Counted from the stretch's first letter, positions 24,915-37,829 are shown. The stretch is 64,000 nt of DNA from Lepidodermella squamata (GCA_047495785.1 JBLDXI010000021.1:620001-684000); one strand, 5' to 3'. Notes: generated from the letters alone by a model not told the origin. Numbers and translations: made by a program.

Positions 24915-26325
24915 ATGGAAGAAACCGGGCTTGAATTTACAATTGAAGCGGAATGTCCTGTGACGAAAGCGAGGGCTTGTACCATTAAATTTGCGAGGCA
25001 TGGGACGGTTCGAACTCCCGTTTTCATGCCCGTTGGAACTCAAGGGACTTTGAAAGGTGAGCATTTCAAGAATTTGAGTAAAAATGTTATTACAAATTTT
25101 TCTAACAGCCTTAACTCCAGACCAGTTGGCTAATTTGGGCTGTGAAATTATGTTGGCAAATACATACCATTTGGGACATCGACCGGTAATTTTTGAGATT
25201 TTCTTGAAATTTTATAATGAATCGAATTTATTAGGGGCCAGATTTGGTAGCTCAAGCTGGTGGTTTACACGAATTTGCTCAATGGCCGCGCGGTTACTTA
25301 ACGGACAGTGGTGGCTTCCAAATGGTCTCGCTGGCCAAGCTGAGTGAAGTCACGGAAGAAGGAGTTAAATTCGAGTCACCTCACGACAAGTCAGATATGT
25401 TGTTGACGCCGGAACATAGCATTGAAATTCAAAACAAACTAGGCTCAGACATTGCTATGCAACTCGACGAGTAAATTTTGAAAAATCTCCTTAATTTTTA
25501 AAATTCATACATGAATTTTTCAGCGTAATTCATTCTTCGGTGAGAGGGGCTCGCGTTGTCGAGGCAATGCATAGGAGTATTCGTTGGCTAGATCGATGCA
25601 TAAAAGCGCATGGCCGGCGATCAGATCAAGCTCTTTTCGCCATTCTTCAAGGCGGTTTAGATGCGGAACTAAGGAAAGAATGTGCGGCCGAAATGACGAA
25701 ACGAAAAGTTTCAGGCTTCGCGATCGGTGGCCTGAGTGGTGGTGAAGAAAAGGAGCTGTTTTGGCCGGTTGTCTCCCAATGTACCGACCTTCTACCCCAG
25801 AAATTACCGAGATATTTGATGGGGGTTGGTTACGCCGAAGACCTTGTCGTCTGTGTCGCCCTCGGTTGTGATATGTTCGACTGCGTGTTCCCGACCAGAA
25901 CCGCTCGTTTCGGGAAGGCGCTCAACTACCACTCCCCATCGGCGACTTTTACCGAGGAGTTGTTGAATAGGAAGCCGTTCGCACGGGACGCAAGACCTTT
26001 CATCACGCCGCCTGAAGATTTTGACGAGGAAACGTCGCCGAAAATTGGAACTCAGGGCCCGTGTGATTGCGTGGCGTGCCAGAACGGCGTGACCCGATCG
26101 GCGATTTATTCGCTGATTGCCGCTCGCCACCCGGCCGCTTGTCAGTTGTTGACTTCGCATAACGTGGCGACTCAGCTGCGGTTGATGCGGGACATGCGAC
26201 AGGCGATTATTTCGAAACGGTTTCCAGCCTTCCTGCAGGCCTTTTTCCGGCCTACCCGGCCGACTGGACCGGCGCCGGCCTGGGTGAAAGCTGCTCTAGC
26301 TTCTGTTAAAGTTATGCTCAGTTGA
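24915..26325 (+). CDS. QTRT1: Queuine tRNA-ribosyltransferase catalytic subunit (alternative in-frame start 24885)
   Basis: [67 protein letters not shown], CxCxxC..HN. Confidence 0.97.
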
Positions 26326-27242
26326 AAGGAAATAAAATAGTAGAGCTTTTCTCGATTAAATTGTGCCAATAAAAAACGTAGATAATATGGAGACAAACTC
26401 GGACTTTTATCTACTTGTATTGTTATCACAGAAACTGCAGTACTGATAAATTATGTTAACCTAATAATGTAAAAAATGTGCTAACGTCGTTAGAAATGAA
26501 AGCGAAGTTGCGCATGAGACCTAAAATTTGATATCACAGTATGATAATCAAGAAATCCAGATTTTGATGACGGGGTAACTTCGGTATGGTAATAAAATTC
26601 GATGAAATTGTGGTGGAGATTGGAGATCCCAGCATGGGTGAGGTACAGGATACAGTCTAAAAGCTGTAGTTAAAGCAAAGGAGACTGTCTACAGGGCACA
26701 TCAACGGCACATTGACTTGATGGGAAATCGCAGGTTTCAGGAGAATCTATGCGAAATTGTAGATACCACCTACCACCCAATAAAGATCAAAATTGAAATA
26801 CCTACTACGTCACTATAAGATAGCATTTTCCACCAGCTTTCGAAAGGCACTCCACTCATTGGGTCTAAAATCTTCTACAACTTCGTGTAATGTTATGCCA
26901 AGGTTATGCCCCCATTTCAAAGTGATCCGCCCTTCGTCAACGTAAAGCGATATATTATTTATAAAAGAACGAGTTTTGGCATAGAGCAAATTTGAGCTAG
27001 AAGGTCAGATGGCGTGTTTTTTCTATTTTGAGCGACTATTCTTTTCCAACTATACAACGACATACAGCCCCATTTTCAGTACTGCCAACAGTTTGTTCCA
27101 AGAAGATTGTGGAGAACCGATCCAAGGAAAAAACCATCAGATTTGAAATAAAATGAAAATTCCAACATTTTTTATTTGATTCAAGAACAACAAATTGTAA
27201 GCATTGTGAAATTTTTGTCTAGGATGAAAATCGAGGCTTTGA

Positions 27243-28445
27243 TTAAGGTCGCGAGGCCGAGATACGGTCGTACTCTTCTTGCAGAGCATCGGCCGTATCC
27301 TGGTGCCCAGATTGCCGCAAAACGTCAAGGAAAGTGCTCCAGAGCTTAGGCTTGATTTTGACATAGTCTTCAATCAATGATTTAGTCGGATTCGAATCCT
27401 GATAAAAATAACGATGACTTGCCAGGCAGGGTTAATTCAGCAATGTTTACCTTGAGGATTCGATCCAAGTCTGTTCCTGTGATGTAGCCAGCTCCTACTA
27501 GATTTGCGCCCAAATCACCGCTGAGAAGTCTGATCGAATTGAGGACATAGCCATAGATCGAATCGATCGAGGTTACAACGATTTCGTAATGGCGCTCAGT
27601 CGTGTTAGTTTTAGCCGCAGGAGTTGCTGCGCCATCTTCTGCTCCGGATGAAATGCTTGCCATAAATGAAGCCTAGAATTTAAAATTTAAAATTCGCTGT
27701 TTTAGCTTAATGTGTAAACTGGAAACTTATTGGGGACGAATGAGTTAAGGAACGCATAATAACAGACGTCTACAGGTGGCATGGCTAATTCACAGTGCAA
27801 TATGGTCTCGTACATGACTCGAGTATTACTGTAAATTGTGCTCACATTTAACATTAAAATGTGGACTTCGAACTCTAGGAACCAATGCCAAAACAATGAT
27901 ATTACGCAAATGCTGAGAACTCCATGCGATAGAACTACGTTGTCGAAAAGGACCAAGTACGTGTTGCAATAAAATGCGCAAATAATGATAATACATGAAA
28001 AATATACCGGCATTTTCGTGCCAAGTTTTTCGCTCAGATTTGAACGACGTAGCTTCATTTCGTCCGATTGTTCGTTCGCGAAAAATTCAAACAACTGCTT
28101 GACTAACGCGGCTCGATTTTGCAAATAATCATCGGGGGCATTTTTATGGTCGGACAGGCAAACGCTGATAATGCCGTCCTCTACAGCTTTCGCGAACTCC
28201 GTTTGCCCAGTTCGATAGCCAGCTTCGATCGCGTAAATCAATACTTTGTTGTCCCTAGTCGAGAGTTCATCGATAAAGAGCTTTGTAGCCTTTGGTTTGC
28301 CCCTGCCAAGCTTCTCGAGTTCCTCCCACACGTCGAGGTCAAACAGACCCCTGTGACGTCGCGCCAGCCATTCCCAAATTTTCGCAGCATCGAACTTGAT
28401 ATCAAACAGTCCGATTAACGCATCTTCCAATTTCGAGTTCACCAT
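27243..28445 (-). CDS. Tandem CARD-CARD protein (exons 28445-28008, 27672-27451, 27398-27243), or two separate CARD-only genes
   Basis: Domain 1: KATKLFIDELSTRD..IYAIEAGYRTGQTEFAKAVE. Domain 2: NLVGAGYITGTDLDRILK|DSN..WSTFLDVLRQSGHQDTADAL. All junctions are phase-0 GT-AG and in frame. Confidence 0.7.
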
Positions 28446-28813
28446 TTTAAAAAAAATAGTTCAGTACGCGATGAATTTCCTCTGCGAATGTATGAAGTTC
28501 AGAGCAAGGTCTTTTGCTGATAAATTATAGTGTGGATGATAAGTTTTAGCTTTTGCTATGAGCATGATATCGTCCTTATCAACTTGGCAGTTATACATAC
28601 CTACGGTTTTTTATACCTGGCTGTATGAATCAACAGAGATATTTATTCTCGAAATGAAAGTGTGCCATAGGTTTTTCGAGTTGTATGCAATTACTATAAA
28701 TGGAAGATAATAAATATAATTGGCTTCCAGTCACCCTACGATGGTGTTAAATTGATTGCGATGACTGTGAATTAAGCCTGAGATCTTGCTCGGTGATTAC
28801 ATCGGAAATTCCT

Positions 28814-29134
28814 TCATTTGCGGCCCAAGCTCTGGCCAAGGCCTCGCCATTTCTTCTGGGCGTAGATGGCGTCGTTATCAACTGCGGAGTCAATGTAAAG
28901 CATGTCCAAGTCTTGGTTATCAAGGGCGGCATCGCCTATCTTCTCGTAAACACGATCCCACAAATCAGCGGCGCGGCGGGTTCGAGTGAACTGTGGAGCA
29001 TCGTCAATTTTTGAATAGGACTAAATATAATGCATGGGACATACCTTTCCGCTGTTTACCTTCGCTGGCTTGTAGCCATAGACGGCGACGATGAATAAGA
29101 CGGCTAAAAGGCTGAAAAGGATGAATCGAGCCAT
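28814..29134 (-). CDS. Secreted neuropeptide/peptide-hormone precursor, 93 aa; exons 29134-29060 and 29020-28814
   Basis: Signal peptide MARFILFSLLAVLFIVAVYG, RTRR convertase site, C-terminal amidation signal ..GQSL-GRK-stop. Not in the ORF track. Confidence 0.8.
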
Positions 29135-30982
29135 TTCAAAGAAGTTGTTTTGACTAGCAAAATGAATAAAACTATAACGCTATAAAAAAAAATCAGCAAG
29201 ATATGGGCGATTGAACCAAGTATTTAAATTGCTGCCTCGGTGAACTTGGAGTGGTTAATAATTTCAAATAAGTGGCAATAATGGCCAACATTTCGGCGGG
29301 ATTTTATCATCGCCTTCGCTTGTTCAAGATGCTTTCCGGGGCGAGCCGCCCATTTGCAATAAAATTTCTCCCACGCTGATTTCTTCCGCTGAAAATCTGC
29401 TGTAATATACAACACAGTATATAGCGTGGTAATACTGTCAAGTATTTGAATTTATTTTCCGAAGTGGTACTGCACCATGATTGCCGTTCTCTTCCTCTAC
29501 TCAAATATATATCATTCGTATATCGTTTATCCCACCGTATCGATTACGCGTCGGCAACTACCGATTAACATGGCGATTACGGCATGTGTGAAAATATGGC
29601 TTGAATTTTATTTATGTATTTTTTACCCTTTAAAACTACACTGCGGACTTTTACGGCCAATTTACAATAACGTCGCTTTTCTCCAGATAATTTGATCGCA
29701 TTTACCCTACTACTGGACGTTTTCCCTGCGGACAAATTCGGTACCATTGTTTAGGATTATAAGAAAAAACTACGTTCTATACAGTCATTATGTGAGTAAA
29801 TATAGTCGCGCCTGCATCGAGGGTTGCTCAATATTTGACCGAGACCAACATATCACACATGCCTCATTTTTTGCAGCAGGCGTGAACGCGTGTTCAATCA
29901 CGTGAACGCAGCGTTGAACCTTGAACGTTGCTCCATGTGTGGAATGCCGCTGCTGAACACAGGAGGCCAAAGGTCATTTATTTAATCGCCTTTAAATCCC
30001 CGGATTATCGGACGGCCGCAAGGCTCCATTCGAACATTTTTCGTTAAATTATTCTTTTATTTTTCAAAGTTTGCATTCGAAAATTATGCAGCATGATTTC
30101 ACACCACACTAGAGTGAGAATAGCTCTTGTAATAGTATTTTTTGGTATTATTATTATTCCAGTGGAAAATCATGATTACATGACTCAATTCACGCACGCA
30201 CATCAACGTAGATAGTCATACTCTTTTTCCAGGTACAAAAAAAATTAAAATTGCCCATCGTTTTGTCTCAAAAATCAAGTTTCATTTTGGCGCAACAAAA
30301 ATTCGATCGGGATAAAAATCAAAATATACAAAGATAGTTCATAATCATCGATTAGAATATTTTGATATGACAGCTGCGAGAAATCATATTTGTTTTTACC
30401 AAACGCAAAGGGCTCATTCACCATTACAAACCGGTTAAAATGTAAATCTGAAGGGAAGTAATAACCAGGAAGTATAAAGAGAATACAGTCTGTATGAAAC
30501 GAGGGCAAAAACGGAAGTAGGTGCAAACAAAGCGAGATACCCGACAAAAATTGCTACGAGGCGTAAAACAACCGAAACAAATCAAGCCGCGAGATCCATC
30601 TCTGCCATTAGGAAATATCATCAACAAATTCATCAACCACTAGCAACTTCGACTAACGGGTGGCACCCACCCGTTTTGTTCACAAGCGAAGTGAGGGTGT
30701 AGGCGGCGAATATTATGTGCGAAACGTGCCATGAAAAAACCGACCAATCAAGTGAAGAATGTGATTTTATGAAACAAGATAATCATTTATTCACACGAAA
30801 AAGCGAGTAGAGAATATTGACTGGTTTTTAAGCTGGATTCCTCTTCTGTAGAATAGTTGATATAATGTGCTATATTTATATTGTTTTCATTTTCATAGTA
30901 TATAAAAAAAATCACGATAATCAGCGATAAATTGATTCATACGGGTTCATTATGTATCATCTTGTTTGCTATCAACGGGATG

Positions 30983-32186
30983 TCAGATATTCGCATTCAT
31001 AGTCTGGTCGGCAGCAGGTGGTAAATGACGCAGGTCACGGCCGAGCTGGGCGAGGTATCCCTTCGCCTTGATAATGCCCCGGCATTTCACCACAACAGCG
31101 TACCTCGCTAGCCACCGGAAATGCCAGTTCGGGGTTGAAATGAGCGGAATCGAAGATTTTTGCAGCGATCCGTTTGGCGCACCTGCATCATCATGGTTAT
31201 TCATAGAAAGATTGTCATTGTGACGGCCAACCGCTTTCAACCGCTCAGAATCGTCCCAGAACAACGATGACATTACAGAAGAGGCATTGACAGTTGCCAT
31301 CATATCTGAGATAGACAATTATTTGTAAAATCCACCTTAATGAATGAAAAGCTGAATTGTTTACCATCTGGATCGTTATGGGTCAACAGCTCAATCTGAT
31401 TGGCATCGGCAAACTCAACAACCTCACTTCCCAGAGTTTCGCACGCGCTATTTGGAAGCTGATTAACAGTCGGTTTCACCTAAAATATGCAAAAAATCGT
31501 TCAAAATTGCAACAATTGCTTTTTTTGATCAACTTACGCGAACATTGGCGATGATTGTTTGAAGACTTTCAAGGTCAGTAACATCGGTTATACCAATTTC
31601 TGAAATTTTGCCCTCGTCGTAGTATCGCTCGAGAACTTGATAGCATTTCAGCAGATGGCAGCCCCTGCTGTGGCTAAGCGCCTCACGCGGAGAGTCGCCG
31701 TTGCTCACATGAAGAGTGGCGCCTTTACACGGTGTATCGAGGCCCTGAGTTTTCAAGATGACAGCATCGATCGATGCAACGTTGAGTTCGTGCAAGCACT
31801 TCTCAACCGCCTCCTCTACAAGACTAGCGTCGCAGCAGGATACAAACAGTTTGACGGTGACGCGAAGACTTTCACGCTCTTCGGCGGAAATAAATTCAAC
31901 CCGTTTGGCGTTCCGGCACTCGAAGTTTGACTCGAGTGGGATCGAGAAAATGTCGACCATTTCGTGGCTGAAATGAGCTCGCAGGGCTTCTTTAAGAGAT
32001 TCGCGAGCTTCGTCTGCGCTTGATTGCGCTCCGACCGCCCTCAACTAAAATCAAACGATGATTTAGGAGATGAAAAATTTTAAGAATTATTCAAATCACC
32101 TGTCCTTCGGTTATGATGTTTCCGGTGTTGATGACCATATTCTCTCCCTTCGACAACAAAATGTTCTTGAACTCCGCGGATGACAT
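30983..32186 (-). CDS. GCLM: Glutamate-cysteine ligase regulatory subunit
   Basis: INTGNI, ERESLRVTVKLF, EGKISEIGITD, LLTHNDP, WLARYAVVVKCRGIIKAKGYL. Confidence 0.93.
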
Positions 32187-32434
32187 GTTGAAATCCAGAA
32201 AAAATAATCAACTATCAACAAGTCTATATAAATAAATTAGTGCAATTCATAGTAGAGAGATAGATACATTTTGTAAATTGAGCATATGTTTGATATCTGA
32301 AAAGCTTACCGGATATTGCAATTTGTTGAGCAATTATGAAAACCGAGATGGTAAACAATATGAGAGCAATTTTCAAGTAAAAAAAAATCACGACAAGTCA
32401 AGATTTTTTGAGTCAAAACTTAGTCATTCGGCAC

Positions 32435-33876
32435 TCAACCGCACTTCATGTATGAGTACTTCTCGTTAAGGCACTTGACAATTTCTTCGCAGAAGACTTT
32501 CCATTTCATATCTTCAGCATCCTAGAAAACAGATAACTCGTGAAAACCAGGAATTGTGTGAACACGAATCACGATGTGAATACCTGTTTGTCAGGGTGAT
32601 AATGAAGAATAGCGCGTTGGAGCGTTTTCTTCAAATCATCAGGTTTCAAACTGCCAAGTGGCTTACCGCACTTCGGGGGATGGGTTTTGTACAAAAACGT
32701 CAACAAAGCAGCCGAGCCACTCGTAGCAGCGCTTTCCAAAGCTGACAGCTCATCCTACAATCAATCTATCCATTAATCCATCACTAAAAGCACCACTAAG
32801 CTCACCTTGAGAGCATCAAGGAAAGGCTGACGTTCTTTCATATGCTTTTCGGCTTCTTCCTTCTCCTTTTTCTCGCGATGAGCCTTAACAGCTTTCACGG
32901 CCTCATCATACCACGGTTCACTGTAAAATGTGCGGGGGCTCATCGAATTAGCCAGCTGCACAGCGTTCAAGTAATAGGCATGAGCGCGCTCTTCCATTTT
33001 CAGAATAAGCTTGTACACTCGAGCAATGCGTGAGGTTGCAATAGCCTCGCATTCAGCATCAATTTCGCGAGCTAATACAATCGCATCTTTGTAACGGTCC
33101 AAGCAAAGGTGGATGATGTCGATATTAAGCTCTTCGTAATCATGGAGGCAAGCTTCAAGAGATCGGTCAGCGTTCAAACGAGCAATAACCGATTCGCAGA
33201 TGCACTGCTGATAGTACACTTGATTATACAGCTCGTCGATCTGCTCTGAATTTTCCTCCGATTCGGCAAATTTACGAGCTAGTTCAATGGGACAGTAACA
33301 GTCGAACACTTTTGAGAGACACTTTGCGTAGAGGGCTTCATCGTCATCAAGAAGATCTAGCGATTGTTTGAACATTTCACCCGCCATTTCATAGTAGAAA
33401 TTAGCCGCAGCGTCCAACTTGAAGCCTTGGAGACTATAGGGCTCAAATGACTTGGCTATTTCCATGAGACCAGCAATCTTGGATTCGCGAGACAGAGCGT
33501 CAAGAGCATCCGTAACTTCCAATATTAAGCGAGCTAGATGAGTGCGAACTTCGTCGAGCCAATCGGTAGGCTTGGCCGCGTTGCCGCGCGTAAGGCAGTC
33601 AAGGAAGCACGACACGCCTTCACGCGCAGCAAACACCAGATAACGCGGCTCCCTTTCAGGCTCTTCTAGAAGCTGTTCGGCGAGCTTCAGATAGCATAAG
33701 CCCATGTTTTTGACCCCGGATAATATTTCATCGACACTTTTCGCTGCATTGACGGCTTGACGGTACAGACGCAAAGCTTCTTCCAGACGACTTTTTTGAA
33801 GACAAGGGGCTAGTCCATCCTGATGAGCATTCTTGTAGCATTCGTTGCCACGGGAACGAAACTCAATTGACGTCAT
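32435..33876 (-). CDS. TPR-repeat protein with C-terminal J-domain-like module, three exons
   Basis: FRSRGNECYK..ALRLYRQA TPR helices; spliced C-terminus DLKKTLQRAILHYHPDKQ|DAED..CEEIVKCLNEKY. Confidence 0.8.
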
Positions 33877-34835
33877 ATTATTCCTAATAATAAACAACAT
33901 TTCACATGAATAAAACCGAAATGTCAAATAGAATCCCCGCACCGAGACGCTGAAAACGCATCAAACAACCAACAGTCAGTAGAACACAGTACAAGAAGCC
34001 ACATCTTTCGGGTTAAAATACTTAACATCATGAGTTTACATTTTTTACCAGCAGTTTGAAGTTTAAAGCCACACCGCCTACCACACCGAAAAATGTGAGA
34101 TAAAGAGATAATTATTACTCAATAAGCAGAGCAGACAAGATTTCAAATTGTCACCATATTCTGTAAGTGTTCCACTAGTTGAGTCGCAACAGATAATAAC
34201 CGCCCGCTCTTTTTGACAAGAGAACACGGAACAGCGATTAATTTCAAATATGACCCTTTTTGACATCGCTCCTCATTTTTAAACCCACTTAACGCGACAA
34301 AATATGAAGATAAGTAACGCGAGCTTGAACATTACGATCGACGTTAACACTCATTATTCAATGTCAGCAATCATAAGGTAAGCATGATGAACGTGGGACA
34401 CAAAACCTAATTTTTTTACGGCAGATGGAAGAAAGAACGATTCTTTTGTGAAGAAAGATATCCATTATCTCTCATTTAACTGATGAGCAAGATACCACAA
34501 CCCACAACCATAAAACAGATAACTTATCACAAGTCACGAGACAGATAACCCGGTATAACGAATGATTCACCTTGCCAGAAGAGCCAAGACTGCGATAGTA
34601 GGTCAAGATTTTGCAAAATTGCCCCGCGGCTGCATGATATCAGAGAAATTTACAGTAATGCCAAAAATCAGCAATAACTTTGACGAGCCAATAAAATTTA
34701 ATGTAATATAACGCTAAGAAAATTTAAAGATTGCCGCAGCCTTTCTCAACATTTCGCGAGGTTTTGGTTTCGGTTTCATCGCAGATCGGAGAAGGCTGCT
34801 GTTGCAATTTGCAACTATCATTCCTTTTGAGAGAT

Positions 34836-36426
34836 ACTACTGACTGCATTGAAGTTAGCAGAGGTTTTCCAGCAGAATATACTTCCACTCATGTTACCGA
34901 CACCATTTTTTGTTATCTAGTGTTATGAGCCATGCCTAGTCGATAGAAAAAAACCGCACCTTGATAACACCTTCCATTGGCATTCTGCCAGAATTTCTGC
35001 TAACTTCAGCTTTTACTATGGGGAAAGGATGCATCCATTTTGGGACATTCCTGTTATGACGGGCAGAATTGCGTAACATGCAGTGATACGGTGTTATATA
35101 ACGTAACATAGCACGCTGATTCTCGTGGTGCAATCCGTTTTCCCAGCAGAATCACCTGGACAGGTGTGGTGGCAAAAATCCAGGTAAGAATGCTTACCTG
35201 AGCAGGTAGATGCGATCGGATCGCTTCGAAAATGATACCAATCGATTCCCCGTCTATGAAAACCGTAGATTTCAGTCTTTAGACACATGCATTAGGACTT
35301 GGTAGGACTAGGTGCTTCAGCCTGCTCCATGCTCCTATTACCTATTATGAGCAGCCGTATTCGATGTCGTGACTGCCTATGTCATCCCATGTGAAGTAAT
35401 TGTCCACACCAAAATGGACTGTCCACAGTCTTTTTTCTAGCTTTCCTGAAGTTACGGCCTCAGGTGTAATCGTTCGATAGGGCCATTATTGATTTTAGAG
35501 TTTCATCACTAATTTTGAGGGCTGAACCCATGTTCAGCACGACATTTTTCGGAATATTAGTTTTTCGTGTTTCACTTCTTCCCTAAAAACTGAATTATTC
35601 CGCTAGACTGCCTAACTGATAGATCGCAATGAGATCGTCTAGCCGAAAGCCAAATAGCCTCCTGTTGTAAAAGATGACAGACAACAAGAACTCATAACTT
35701 GAAATTCAGTTTTTTTGTCTATACGTATACCAGATAAACGTTTACTTATTTCAACCTAAATGGGGCTGCCCGTTGTCATTTCGTATCAATCGGATTTGAA
35801 ATCTCACCATAACAAAAAGCATGGCAGCCAGTGCAGTCACTAACAAATTATCACCGACAGCCTTCATGGGCAGTAACATGCATATGATATTCCACGAGTC
35901 GGTAATGAAATGCGTGTCGTTGAGCCAAGTCGGTATCTTGTAGCTTGCATTTCAAAGGCTTCAATTGCGTACGTTGCTATGATTAGTCACAATCTACGGT
36001 TTTCATAGACGGGGAATCGATTGGTATCATTTCGAAGCGATCCGATCGCATCTACCTGCTCAGGTAAGCATTCTTACCTGGATTTTTGCCACCACACCTG
36101 TCCAGGTGATTCTGCTGGGAAAACGGATTGCACCACGAGAATCAGCGTGCTATGTTACGTTATATAACACCGTATCACTGCATGTTACGCAATTCTGCCC
36201 GTCATAACAGGAATGTCCCAAAATGGATGCATCCTTTCCCCATAGTAAAAGCTGAAGTTAGCAGAAATTCTGGCAGAATGCCAATGGAAGGTGTTATCGA
36301 GGTGCGGTTTTTTTCTATCGACTAGGTATGGTCCATAACACCGGATAACAAAAAATGGAGTCAGTAACATAAGTGGAAGTGCATTCTGCTGGAAAACCTC
36401 TGCTAACTTCAATACAGTTACTACTG
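34836..36426. repeat. Long inverted duplication: arms ~34836-35271 and ~35991-36426, ~720 bp spacer
   Basis: Inner ~335 bp of the arms nearly identical (one substitution and one 1-bp indel seen); outer ~100 bp clearly more diverged. Confidence 0.95.
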
Positions 36427-37467
36427 ACCGGTTGATGTTGAACCAACTCAAAGTAAAGTCTCAAAGTGAGGTTGAAGTCGCCAAAACTCGGTGAATATTG
36501 GGAAACTGCTAAGGATTCCAAGTTGTCAATTCCAAATGCAAACTAATTCCAGCATTTTGATATGGTTGTTTTTATCTGACATTAGGTATTAGTCCCTGTT
36601 GCCAGGTGAACGGTTCTTGTAGTTAATACCTTACGCCAAAAAAGAATCTTTTTCGAACTGTTTGGCCGTCTGTGTACGATAACGTCACAGGCCTACTCTG
36701 GCATGTTATTCCAGCATATTTCAATCTCCAAGTTCTAAGATCGTGTTTATCTCATCTTCGACAATCCGCTGAAAATGGTTTACATATATGCGAGTGGGCC
36801 TTGATTTTCATTCCAGTGGCATGGATTTCTGTGAAGAAAATGTTATGGGAAAATGTTTACGGTCATTGAGTTTTGAGAAAAGCCAACTTATTCATCGAAC
36901 AGTTCATCGATACTGTTCTGCTACAGTATATTTTGCTTACTGACTGATGGTTGTTGATTTTAAAGATAATAATGTCTTGGCACGTCACAATGTCAACAAA
37001 TAACAATGGTTTCACTTTTGAGTTGCCCTTAGCATGCGCGTTGAATAACATTTGCAGAAGTTGAAATACGACCATATGGTTCTTCAAAATCAAAAGTATT
37101 CGTCACGACTCACGACATCATAACGTTAGCCACCCTGCTGATGTAAAGTTATTACCTTCATTATTCATTAGCGGACAAGGGCTGTCACATTTTTTAATAG
37201 AGCACATATTCTTGCTAAAAGCCCAGTTTGTATTAGTGCTTGTAGCTCTAATAGCTAAGTTGTGATAAGCTTTCCTCGATAAGCGGTAGCTCATGCATAG
37301 TTATAGCCAACGTGCCATGCTCAAATGCCATGCGACCTGCCAAGTTTTTTCCCACGGAAAATATTGAATCCTGGCCTTTATAAGGGCAACAATTAATACC
37401 AGACGAACCACAAGCTTATTCCGAAACTTTAACTTTCCAGACTATTTTACAGAATAAATTTGCGACA

Positions 37468-37829
37468 ATGAAAGCTTTTTTTGCTGCTTTGGCTTTAATT
37501 GCGGTGTTCAGCGCTGCTTCAGCTGTAGTTTGCCCTCCGAACTATTGTGACAAGGTCGACTGCTCATTGGAAGCTTCAGTCGAAGGTTGCGAAGGTCGCA
37601 TTGAGCCAAACGGATCTTTCTGTGGTTGCTGCCCGACTTGCATTCGTCAGATCGGTAAATTCGTCTGGAAATACTCTTCTTGAATGGTTCTTTTTAAATC
37701 ATTATTAATATTTTAGGTGAAGGCGAGAGCTGTGCTCACACCTGGTTCCGCGGAGTTCCGAAGACATCAGAATGCTCTGAGGGCACTTTCTGCCATCGTG
37801 CCACCAACCTCTGCACCAAGTCGCAATAA
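37468..37829 (+). CDS. Secreted Cys-rich AmFPI-1 / single IGFBP-domain-like protein, two exons
   Basis: Signal peptide, VVCPPNYCDKVDC..GSFCGCCPTCIRQI|GEGESC..ECSEGTFC..LC. Confidence 0.8.

Noticed and set aside
21385-26325. Two tRNA-modification genes (DUS2, QTRT1) close together as a functional cluster
   Set aside because: Separated by two unrelated opposite-strand genes; chance adjacency in a dense genome suffices
27025-27140. Possible fourth death-fold relic (SSWNKLLAVLKMG..LEK, minus strand)
   Set aside because: Too short and interrupted by stops to distinguish from chance
34936-36325. Near-identical 65-aa ORFs (MHHENQ..) on both strands as genes
   Set aside because: By-products of the inverted repeat, with non-ATG starts and no recognisable motif
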